The notes under the pieces: model-generated
Database searches by the model: none
Seen by the model: the letters and a program-made list of their open reading frames with translations, nothing else
Told to the model about the DNA's origin: nothing
Made by a program: the position numbers and the translations under genes
In this document: positions 19,459-27,891 of the stretch, in pieces
How positions within the stretch are numbered: position 1 is the stretch's first letter
Layout of the letters: every line of letters starts with the position of its first letter
Origin: an uncultured Bacteriovoracaceae bacterium
GTDB lineage: Bacteria > Bdellovibrionota > Bacteriovoracia > Bacteriovoracales > Bacteriovoracaceae
Direction: 5' to 3'
NCBI GenBank assembly: GCA_964012805.1
Contig: CAXGUD010000018.1
Location: 1 to 64,000, forward strand
Length of the DNA stretch: 64,000 nucleotides

Positions 19459-21221
19459 TTTTCCTCCTTTGAAAAACGCTCGGTAATTATATCTTTTATG
19501 GAAGAGTTACTTGGTATAATAGGAAAAACCATTTCTTCTTGGGGAATAACACACTCTAAAAGCTTGATTCCTGGACTTAGAAGCCACTGAATTGCATTTT
19601 CAACGTCGTCTAAATTGTCAAGTCGTTTCGAATGAATACCCATTGATTCTGCTAGAAGGCAAAAGTCAGGGTTTGCGCCCTCTAAAGAGGTAAAGGAAAA
19701 ACGCTCTTTATGAAAAAGTTCCTGCCATTGTCTTACCATTCCAAGATAACTATTGTTTAGGACAATAAACTTAACAGAAATTTTATAGGTCGCAGCAGTG
19801 ATTAATTCTTGCATATTCATTTGAAAACCACCATCACCAGAAATAGAAATAACCAATTCTTCTTCTTTTTCACATTTTTTTAAGTTTTCTTCCGTTTTTC
19901 CAAAAGCGGCACCAATGGCAGCAGGAACACTAAATCCCATTGTTCCAAGGCCACCGGATGTAATATGTGTTTTTGGCCTTTGAAAGTGAAGGTATTGACT
20001 GGCCCACATTTGGTTTTGTCCAACATCTGTAACAACGCTAAATTTGGTTTTATTTTTTTTTAATATTTGATTTAACTTAGAAAGAATTAAGGTTGCGCCT
20101 AACTCTTTTTTATTAACTAAGAGAGGGCATTCTTTTTTCCAGTGGGATATTTGTTTCCACCATGGATTTTGTTTTTCAACGGTCTTTTTTAAATCTTTTT
20201 CCCTTCTCAGATGTGGTAAAAGAGATTTAAGGTTATATTTAATATCTCCTTCAACACGGAAATCACACTGAATTGTTTTATCCATATTTGATGGATCAAT
20301 ATCAAAATGAACTTTATAGGAATTTTTGGAAAATAGGGACGTTTTTCCTGTTACCCGATCATCAAACCTCGCTCCTAAAACAAGAAGAAGGTCGCAATGA
20401 TCAACTGCCATATTGGAAGCGTAAGTTCCGTGCATTCCAAGCATCCCTAAAGAGTTCGGGTGATCTCCAGGAAGTCCACCTAGGCCTTGAAGGGTGGATG
20501 TAAAGGGAATATTTGTTAATTCAACAAATTCCTTAAGTTCTTTACTGGCCTCGCTTTGGATAACTCCACCACCGAAATATAAGAGGGGTCTTTGAGAATT
20601 TTTAAAGGCATTTACAATTTTAGAATACACTTGGATCTTATTAGGTAAATCTTTTGGTTCAGATTTATAAGTACTTTCCTTCTTGGAAAAGCCTTCAAAG
20701 TTAAACTCCTCCAAGGCCACATCTTTTGGAATATCGATAAGGACTGGTCCTGGTCTACCATCATTGGCGATTTTAAATGCCTTAGGGATTGCTTCTAGAA
20801 GTTCCTGGGGTGACCTTACTAATTTGTTCCACTTTGTTATTGGTCTTGTGACTCCAATGACATCAGCTTCTTGGAAAGAATCTAGTCCGAGGAAAGAGCG
20901 AGGAACCTGTCCAGTAAAAATGACAATCGGAATGGAATCCATAAAGGCATCCGTGATTCCGGTAACCGTATTCGTAGCACCTGGACCAGAGGTGACTAAA
21001 ACTACGCCCGTTTTTCCAGTTGCTTTTGCATAACCTTCTGCCATATGAACGGCACCTTGTTCATGACGAACAAGGACATGCTCAATGTCTTCAATGTCAT
21101 AAAGCGTATCGTAAAAAGGGAGGACTGCCCCACCAGGATAACCAAAGATAGTCTTTACTTTTTCATTTTTTAAACATTCGAAGAATATCTGGGAACCAGA
21201 AATCCTCTTGAACCTAACCAT
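19455..21221 (-). CDS. ilvB: Acetolactate synthase large subunit
   Basis: FGYPGGA, RHEQGA, TSGPGATN, GDGGFQMN, GMVRQWQ; GGAGG SD. Confidence 0.96.
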   Translation of the reverse strand: MVRFKRISGSQIFFECLKNEKVKTIFGYPGGAVLPFYDTLYDIEDIEHVLVRHEQGAVHMAEGYAKATGKTGVVLVTSGPGATNTVTGITDAFMDSIPIVIFTGQVPRSFLGLDSFQEADVIGVTRPITKWNKLVRSPQELLEAIPKAFKIANDGRPGPVLIDIPKDVALEEFNFEGFSKKESTYKSEPKDLPNKIQVYSKIVNAFKNSQRPLLYFGGGVIQSEASKELKEFVELTNIPFTSTLQGLGGLPGDHPNSLGMLGMHGTYASNMAVDHCDLLLVLGARFDDRVTGKTSLFSKNSYKVHFDIDPSNMDKTIQCDFRVEGDIKYNLKSLLPHLRREKDLKKTVEKQNPWWKQISHWKKECPLLVNKKELGATLILSKLNQILKKNKTKFSVVTDVGQNQMWASQYLHFQRPKTHITSGGLGTMGFSVPAAIGAAFGKTEENLKKCEKEEELVISISGDGGFQMNMQELITAATYKISVKFIVLNNSYLGMVRQWQELFHKERFSFTSLEGANPDFCLLAESMGIHSKRLDNLDDVENAIQWLLSPGIKLLECVIPQEEMVFPIIPSNSSIKDIITERFSKEEK

Positions 21222-21252
21222 CTTTTTCCTCCAAGAAAAATTGTATTTAAAT

Positions 21253-21466
21253 AAAAAAATATTTAGGTTTGAAAAAGGAAAAGAGAGACCGGCTTATTGA
21301 TGGTGCTTTTAACCATTACAATAAGAATAGGTATAGGAAAGTTCCTTTAAAAAACCTAAAATTAAAAAAAGTATATAAATTAAACTGATATTTTTCGTTC
21401 CAGCCTAAAAAGTAATTCCCCATGATCTTTAAAAAAGAAAAGGGAAATCAATCTTTGGTCTGGAAC
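21253..21466 (-). promoter_or_regulatory. Structured attenuator-like leader of the ilv-leu operon
   Basis: Hairpin 1 closed by GTTCCAG/CTGGAAC (21466-21397); hairpin 2 with TTTAGGTTT/AAACCTAAA, AAAGGAA/TTCCTTT, CTTATTG/CAATAAG and ATGGT/ACCAT (21360-21262), followed by a U7 run. Confidence 0.55.
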
Positions 21467-21597
21467 TAAATAATTGAGAGTAGAAGGAGTGGGAGAGCAA
21501 TAACTGAAATAAAAGACTTATTAAGGGCAAAAGACGATTGAGAATACTGGGGACAGTATTGATGGAAGTATTGGCTGCGGTAAGCGGACATTTTCAT
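21466..21597 (-). CDS. Putative leader peptide (43 aa) MKMSAYRSQYFHQYCPQYSQSSFALNKSFISVIALPLLLLSII
   Basis: Translated by hand; GAGGGA SD; 10 of the last 14 codons are Ile/Leu/Val; directly upstream of ilvB; not in the ORF track. Confidence 0.7.
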   Translation of the reverse strand: MKMSAYRSQYFHQYCPQYSQSSFALNKSFISVIALPLLLLSII

Positions 21598-21610
21598 TTT
21601 TCCCTCTTTG

Positions 21611-21639
21611 TTGACACGTTTTCTTTTTTTCGACATAAA
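21611..21639 (+). promoter_or_regulatory. Putative sigma70 promoter of ilvD
   Basis: TTGACA-N17-CATAAA. Confidence 0.4.
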
Positions 21640-21668
21640 TAATTTCTAAAAACGATTCCTTAAAAATA

Positions 21669-21697
21669 TTTCTAACTCTAAATTAAAAAATCTTCAA
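21669..21697 (-). promoter_or_regulatory. Putative sigma70 promoter of the leader/ilv-leu operon
   Basis: TTGAAG-N17-TAGAAA on minus strand. Confidence 0.35.
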
Positions 21698-21707
21698 GGG
21701 AAAAAAG

Positions 21708-23405
21708 TTGAAAAAAAAAATAATAAATGATGATAAAAGAAAATATTCCAAAAAAATTTATGATGGATTCGAAAGGGCCCCGAGCAGATCGATGCTTTAC
21801 CCATTAGGTTTTAAAAAAGAGGACTTTAATAAACCTCAGGTGGGGATTGCTTCAACATGGAGTCGGGTAACCCCTTGTAATGCTCATATTCACGATTTAG
21901 CAAAAAAAGTTGTTGATGGTGTTGAAAAACATCAGGGCAAAGGAATTCATTTCAACACGATAACTGTATCCGATGGAATTTCTATGGGAACTTCAGGGAT
22001 GAATTATTCATTGGTTTCGAGAGAGGTAATTGCTGATTCTATTGAGACAGTCACAGAAGCTCAGGGTTTCGATGGGCTTGTGACTTTTGGAGGTTGTGAT
22101 AAAAATATTCCTGCTTGTTTAATGAGTATGATCCGCTTAAATAGGCCTTCTCTTTTTGTTTATGGGGGATCCATTTTACCTGGAGTTCTTCCTGGAAATA
22201 AACAGATTGATATTGTCTCCGTTTTTGAAGCGGTTGGAAAATTTGCAAAAAATGAAATTGATCAAAAAGAACTTGAGTTGATCGAAAGTAAGGCCATACC
22301 TGGATTTGGTAGTTGTGGTGGAATGTATACGGCCAATACTATGGCCTCTGCTGCAACGGCTTTGGGAATGACACTCCCAGAGAGCTCATCGAATTTAGCA
22401 GAGTCTAGAGAAAAATTTGATGATTGTGATAGGGCCGGTCAAGCCGTCATGAACCTCATTGAAAAAAAACTTTGCCCAAAAGATATAATCACTTTTAAAT
22501 CCTTTGAAAATGCCATTACGATTGTTATGACTTTGGGAGGTTCAACCAATGCTGTTTTACACCTATTAGCCTTGGCCAAAGAAGCAGAAATACCACTAAC
22601 TCTTGATGATTTTAAAAGGTTATCCCATAAAATACCTGTCATTGCTGATCTAAAGCCAAGTGGTCGTTATAGCTTTGCTGATTTTATTTATAGAGGAGGT
22701 CTCCCGCCTTTTATGAAAATGTTGCTAAATAAAGGCCTTCTTCATGGGGATTGTATGACGGTTACCGGAAAAACTTTGGCGGAAAACTTAAAGGAGGTTC
22801 CAGATTTAAAGTTAGACTCTACATTAATTCATCCTGTAGAAAAGCCATTAAAAAAAGAAGGCCACCTTGTTGTTTTATACGGTAATTTGGCAACCGAAGG
22901 AGCTGTGGCAAAAATTTCTGGGAAAGAGGGAGTCTTTTTTGAAGGTAAAGCAAGGTGTTTTAATTCTGAAGAAATGGCCTTCAAAGCAATTATTTCTGGA
23001 AAAATTAAAAAAGGACATGTTGTTGTTATCAGGTATGAAGGGCCAAAAGGTGGGCCTGGTATGAGAGAAATGCTTTCACCAACCTCGGCGATCATGGGAC
23101 GGGGTCTTGGTAAAGACGTTGCCCTTATAACAGATGGAAGATTTTCGGGAGGAAGTCATGGCTTTGTCGTGGGTCACATAACTCCAGAAGCTTTCAACGG
23201 AGGTCCTTTAGCTCTTGTTGAAGATGACGATGTGATTGTCATAGATGTTTTAAAGGGAGTGATGAACTTAAAGGTGGAAACAAGCGTTTTAGAAGAAAGA
23301 AAAAAAGCATGGTGTGTTCCAGCGGAGAAAAAAGTTATAAGTGGTGTTCTGAAAAAATATAGGCGAAATGTATCAACAGCTTCGGAGGGCGCTATAACAG
23401 TTTAA
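21708..23405 (+). CDS. ilvD: Dihydroxy-acid dehydratase
   Basis: TPCN.H, SDGISMG, GCDKN, CGGMYTANTM, GGSTN, GPKGGPGMREM, TDGRFSG. Confidence 0.96.
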   Translation: MKKKIINDDKRKYSKKIYDGFERAPSRSMLYPLGFKKEDFNKPQVGIASTWSRVTPCNAHIHDLAKKVVDGVEKHQGKGIHFNTITVSDGISMGTSGMNYSLVSREVIADSIETVTEAQGFDGLVTFGGCDKNIPACLMSMIRLNRPSLFVYGGSILPGVLPGNKQIDIVSVFEAVGKFAKNEIDQKELELIESKAIPGFGSCGGMYTANTMASAATALGMTLPESSSNLAESREKFDDCDRAGQAVMNLIEKKLCPKDIITFKSFENAITIVMTLGGSTNAVLHLLALAKEAEIPLTLDDFKRLSHKIPVIADLKPSGRYSFADFIYRGGLPPFMKMLLNKGLLHGDCMTVTGKTLAENLKEVPDLKLDSTLIHPVEKPLKKEGHLVVLYGNLATEGAVAKISGKEGVFFEGKARCFNSEEMAFKAIISGKIKKGHVVVIRYEGPKGGPGMREMLSPTSAIMGRGLGKDVALITDGRFSGGSHGFVVGHITPEAFNGGPLALVEDDDVIVIDVLKGVMNLKVETSVLEERKKAWCVPAEKKVISGVLKKYRRNVSTASEGAITV

Positions 23406-24271
23406 AGGGCTTTTAAAAGTTTTCTCAAGGTTTGAGATAAATTTTTGATAGCCGGTACATTTTGTGTCTCATACCTGTATACAAGACAAATTTTATCTTT
23501 AAATTTAGGGGCCTTTTGATCATAAATTTTAAGGGCTTCTCCTTTGGGGAGGTCCAGCCTTGCTATTCTTGTCGGGAGAATTCCGACCCCTACTTCTTCT
23601 AATGTACACTTTTTTACAACTTCTATACTTGACGTAAGAATACTTCTTTTAAAATGAAAGGGTGATTTGTCGAGACCCTTTTTTATGGTTTGGGCCTGTA
23701 TAAGATCAGGAGTGTAAATAAGGGGGAGCTCTATATTTTTTGGACTAATGTGGGGAGATATCCAAAGAGTAAAATAATCAACACAAATTTCTTTAATAAT
23801 GAGATCAGGATGCTTGATAGGGTTTACCACGAGAGCGAAATCTAAGTTGAAAGAAATAACCTTTTCTGTAAGGATTCTAGAGGGTTCGTGGACAAAGCTA
23901 AACTCGAGCTCAGGGTGAAGTGTCATAATTTGAGGAAGAAAGCTTGAAAGGCTGTACATTGCTACTGCTTCATGCATACCAAGTGTGTAGCGTCCCCTTA
24001 AAACATTTGTATCTCTAATAACATCATTTTTTAAGTTTTCCCAGGTATCTAAAAGCAGGCTTGTCCTTTTGAGAAGCTTACCTCCAGCTTTTGTTAGTTT
24101 TAATCCTGTTTTTGTTCGAATAAAAAGGGGGACCCCAATATTTATTTCAAGCCTTTTAAGTGATTGACTAAGTGCCGATTGAGTCACCCCAATTTTCTCA
24201 CTCGATCTAGATATATTTAACGTTTTGGTCATTTCAATAAAAAAAGCTAAATCTTGAGATGAAGGAAGCAT
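23402..24271 (-). CDS. LysR-family transcriptional regulator
   Basis: N-terminal HTH TQSALSQSLKRLE..G.PLF.R....LT.AG; 289 aa; divergent from thrA. Confidence 0.93.
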   Translation of the reverse strand: MLPSSQDLAFFIEMTKTLNISRSSEKIGVTQSALSQSLKRLEINIGVPLFIRTKTGLKLTKAGGKLLKRTSLLLDTWENLKNDVIRDTNVLRGRYTLGMHEAVAMYSLSSFLPQIMTLHPELEFSFVHEPSRILTEKVISFNLDFALVVNPIKHPDLIIKEICVDYFTLWISPHISPKNIELPLIYTPDLIQAQTIKKGLDKSPFHFKRSILTSSIEVVKKCTLEEVGVGILPTRIARLDLPKGEALKIYDQKAPKFKDKICLVYRYETQNVPAIKNLSQTLRKLLKAL

Positions 24272-24331
24272 TTTTTATCCTTTTTAAGAGAAGGCAGGAT
24301 ATTCAAAATATTAGATATAATGATCATTGTG

Positions 24332-24348
24332 ATAAGTAAAACTAATAT
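24332..24348. promoter_or_regulatory. Putative LysR recognition box between lysR and thrA
   Basis: ATAAG-TAAAA-CTAAT dyad with T-N11-A; TATACT -10 at 24385-24390 with a poor -35. Confidence 0.55.
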
Positions 24349-24415
24349 TAAGACTTATTTCTTTTTAAGCTTCATTACTTAATATATACTTTTCGACTTT
24401 TAAAGATGAATTTAA

Positions 24416-26944
24416 ATGAGGAAAAGGGATATGGAAGTCAAAGAAAGAGGAAATACTTGGGAGGTTCACAAATTTGGCGGGAGTTCTTTAAGGAGAGGAG
24501 AGCTTTTTTCAAAGGTCAGTGAAATTTTAAATAAGGCAAAATCGCCTAAAAAAGCATCTGTTGTGTCTGCTATTTATGGAGTTACTGATTCACTTTCTTT
24601 AGCTGTCAATAAGGCTAAAAATGGATTGGGAATTGGAGACTCTATAAAATCCCTTCGAAAAAAACATTTTGATGTTATAGATGAACTTTTTGAAGAAGAA
24701 GCTCCTAAACAGGAACTTAAATCAATTCTTGAACAAGACTTTACTGGATTACTTCATCTTTTAAAAACCGTTGAAATGAGCTCTTATGCATCAGAAACCC
24801 TAATGGAAATTATTATGGGCCATGGAGAAATTTGGTCTGCCCAAATACTTAACAAACTTCTTCTCTCTCAAAACAAAAAGTCACAGTGGTTAAATGCAAG
24901 AGAAGTTCTCTTTCTTAAAGATAATTCCCCAGATAGGGAAGTTGACTGGGATCTATCTTGGAATAAGCTTCAAAAGAAGTTAAAAGGTTTTGATGATCAA
25001 TTTCTTATTATAACTGGATTTGTTGCCTCAACGGTAAAAGGAATTCCAACAACCTTGAAGAGAAATGGTAGTGATATTTCGGCCACAATTTTTGGTCAAC
25101 TTTTACAAGCAAAAGAAGTTTCAATTTGGAGTGACGTTGATGGAATTATGAGTGCCGATCCTCGCTATGTACCAGGTGCTAAGCCCATAAAAGAGGTTTC
25201 TTATAGCGAGGCAATGGAAATGGCCTACTTTGGAGCAAAAATCCTTCATCCTAAAACTTTAGCGCCAATCATTGATAAAAAAATACCTTTAAGAATTAAA
25301 AATACTTTTAACCCAGAGGCTCCAGGTACCTTAATCGGTGAAAAAAAAATTCAAAAAAAAATTTACAAGGATAAATACACTTTAAAAACAAGTATTGTAG
25401 GACTTTCCAATGTAGATTCTCTTTCTGTCATTAATATTGAAGGAACAAACTTAGTTGGAATTCCAAGGCTTGTAGGGAGGGTTTTTGGTGCCCTTCAAGG
25501 TGAACTTATTAATGTTTTTCTCATTTCACAAGCAAGTAGTGAGCACTCTATATGTTTTTGTGTTCCTTATAATGATAGAATATTAACAAAAAATATTTTA
25601 GAGAAAGAGCTTTATAGAGAGTTAAAGGAAAATTTTATTCATACAATAACAACAAGTGATCCATCGAGCATTTTAGCTGTCGTTGGGGAAAATATGATTC
25701 AAACTCCAGGCGTTGCTTCCCGTTTTTTTGGGGCCCTTGGCAAGGCCAATATTAATGTTCGTGCAATCGCGCAGGGATCTTCAGAGAGGAATATCTCTGC
25801 TGTTATTTCTCAAAAGGAAGTCAAGAGGGCGATAAAAGCTGTTCACGCTGGTTTTTATTTATCACCCCAAACCCTTTCGATAGGACTTATAGGCCCTGGC
25901 CTTATTGGTAAAGCAATTCTTAAACAGCTCCAAGAACAAAAAAATAATTTAAAAATAGACTTTGACTTTGATTTTAGAATTAGAGGAATTTGTAATAGTA
26001 AAAAAATGCTCCTTTCTAATGACGAAATTGATTTAACTCAATGGATTGATGAATTTAATGAAAAAGCTATTAATCAAAACTTAAATGACTTTGTAGATTT
26101 CCTTCATACAGATGACTTTCCTCATACATGCCTTATTGATTGTACGGCAAGTAATGAGCTGGCTTCTTTTTACCCAAGTTGGTTATCCAAAGGAATTCAT
26201 ATAATTACACCAAACAAAAAGGGAAACTCTGGTGACTTTTCTTTGTATCAAGAAATACAAAGGTCTGTTAATAAGAAAAAATCTTATTATTTTTATGAAG
26301 CGACGGTCGGAGCTGGTCTCCCTCTTATTTCAACTCTTAAAGAAATCATTCAAACGGGAGATGAGGTTATAGAAATTGAAGGGGTTTTCTCTGGAACTCT
26401 TTCTTATATTTTTAATCAATTTGGTGAAAGCTCCCCATTTTCAAAGGTTGTTATCGATGCAAAAGAAAAAGGTTATACTGAGCCAGATCCTAGAGAAGAT
26501 CTTTCAGGCCTTGATGTAGCTAGGAAGGCCATTATTTTGGCCAGAGAAATGGGACATAAGGTTGGACTAGAGGATGTTCAGGTTGAGGATTGTATTCCTC
26601 AATTTTTAAAGGGAGACTTGACTCTTAATGAATTTATGCAAAATTTAAAAAAAGGGGATCAGGTTTTTGAAGAACAAAGGTTGAGAGCTTTTAAAAAAGG
26701 TGAACTTCTAAGATATGGTGCTAAAATAAATTCTAAAGGAGAGATTTTCGTTTCTTTAAGGGGTTACCCTAAAGAACACCCATTTTGCCAAATTAAGGAC
26801 TCTGATAATATCGTTCTTTTTAAAACAAAGAGGTATAATAAGAGACCTCTTATTATTCAGGGCCCGGGAGCTGGCCCTGAAGTGACAGCGGGGGGGATCT
26901 TTTCAGATTTAATCAGACTAACTAATAGTTTAGGAAAAGACTGA
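24416..26944 (+). CDS. thrA: Bifunctional aspartokinase / homoserine dehydrogenase
   Basis: HKFGGSS, RNGSD, SDVDG..ADPR, two ACT domains, TPNKK, EATVGAGLP, TEPDPREDLSG; start may be the ATG at 24431. Confidence 0.96.
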   Translation: MRKRDMEVKERGNTWEVHKFGGSSLRRGELFSKVSEILNKAKSPKKASVVSAIYGVTDSLSLAVNKAKNGLGIGDSIKSLRKKHFDVIDELFEEEAPKQELKSILEQDFTGLLHLLKTVEMSSYASETLMEIIMGHGEIWSAQILNKLLLSQNKKSQWLNAREVLFLKDNSPDREVDWDLSWNKLQKKLKGFDDQFLIITGFVASTVKGIPTTLKRNGSDISATIFGQLLQAKEVSIWSDVDGIMSADPRYVPGAKPIKEVSYSEAMEMAYFGAKILHPKTLAPIIDKKIPLRIKNTFNPEAPGTLIGEKKIQKKIYKDKYTLKTSIVGLSNVDSLSVINIEGTNLVGIPRLVGRVFGALQGELINVFLISQASSEHSICFCVPYNDRILTKNILEKELYRELKENFIHTITTSDPSSILAVVGENMIQTPGVASRFFGALGKANINVRAIAQGSSERNISAVISQKEVKRAIKAVHAGFYLSPQTLSIGLIGPGLIGKAILKQLQEQKNNLKIDFDFDFRIRGICNSKKMLLSNDEIDLTQWIDEFNEKAINQNLNDFVDFLHTDDFPHTCLIDCTASNELASFYPSWLSKGIHIITPNKKGNSGDFSLYQEIQRSVNKKKSYYFYEATVGAGLPLISTLKEIIQTGDEVIEIEGVFSGTLSYIFNQFGESSPFSKVVIDAKEKGYTEPDPREDLSGLDVARKAIILAREMGHKVGLEDVQVEDCIPQFLKGDLTLNEFMQNLKKGDQVFEEQRLRAFKKGELLRYGAKINSKGEIFVSLRGYPKEHPFCQIKDSDNIVLFKTKRYNKRPLIIQGPGAGPEVTAGGIFSDLIRLTNSLGKD

Positions 26945-27891
26945 TGAAAAGTGAAGGCCATCTTAGAGCAACTTGCTTTGCTCCAGCAACACTTGCCAAC
27001 TTAGCGGTAGGGTTTGACTTTTTAGGTGTTGCTGTTTCTACTTTTGGAGACACTGTCACAGTCACTCGAATAGAAGAGCCGCTTGTTCGATTTGAATTTA
27101 TTGAAGGTATTGATTCCGACGGCTTACCCACCGACCCTCTTAAAAATACAGCATCTTATCCTCTTATTAAAATGAGAGAAGTGCTTAACTTGAAGTTTGG
27201 CTTTTCCCTAGGTTTAAAGAAAGGAATTCCTCTTAGTTCAGGTTTAGGGGGGTCTGCTTCTTCTGCTTGCGCAGCTGTCTGGGCCGCTAATAAACTTTTG
27301 TCTAATCCTTTAAAAAAAGAGGATTTGTTATCTTTTGCTCTTCAAGGAGAAGCTAAAGCTTCAGGGAGTATTCACGCTGATAATGTGCTTCCTTGTCTTT
27401 TGGGAGGCCTTAACCTCATCTTTTCTTTAAATCCATTGTCTTTTAAAAAATTGCCTCTTCATAAGGATTTTACTTTCGTTGTTTGGCACCCTCATTTTAG
27501 AGTGGATACATTTAAGGCCCGGAGTATTCTTTCTAAAAACATTTTGTTAAATCAGCACACTGAACAGTCTCTTTACTTGAGCGGATTCTTTCTAGGTCTT
27601 TATGAAAATAATTACAATCTTATGAATCAATCACTGAAAGACGTTATTGTAGAGCCGCAGAGAAAGAAGCTTATTCCTCATTTTGATGAAATTCAAAAAA
27701 GGGCCTACGACTTTGGTGGGTATAACCTTTCCATCTCTGGAGCTGGACCTTCTCTTTTTGCCCTTGCGAACGGCCAAGAGGAGGCAAAAAAATTAAAAAA
27801 TGAGATTGACAGCTTTTTTAAGCAAAAGGGTGAAGGAGTTGAGTCCTTTATTTCATCTGTTAACGAAAGAGGGGCCCATTATGTGGATTGA
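26944..27891 (+). CDS. thrB: Homoserine kinase
   Basis: PATLANLAVGFD, IPLSSGLGGSASS, HADN, SGAGPS. Confidence 0.95.
   Translation: MKSEGHLRATCFAPATLANLAVGFDFLGVAVSTFGDTVTVTRIEEPLVRFEFIEGIDSDGLPTDPLKNTASYPLIKMREVLNLKFGFSLGLKKGIPLSSGLGGSASSACAAVWAANKLLSNPLKKEDLLSFALQGEAKASGSIHADNVLPCLLGGLNLIFSLNPLSFKKLPLHKDFTFVVWHPHFRVDTFKARSILSKNILLNQHTEQSLYLSGFFLGLYENNYNLMNQSLKDVIVEPQRKKLIPHFDEIQKRAYDFGGYNLSISGAGPSLFALANGQEEAKKLKNEIDSFFKQKGEGVESFISSVNERGAHYVD

Noticed and set aside
21222..21600. T-box riboswitch in the ilvB leader
   Set aside because: No GGTGGNACCGCG T-box motif; the peptide ORF explains the region better
24272..24415. thrL-type attenuator or riboswitch before thrA
   Set aside because: No Thr/Ile-rich small ORF and no terminator hairpin found
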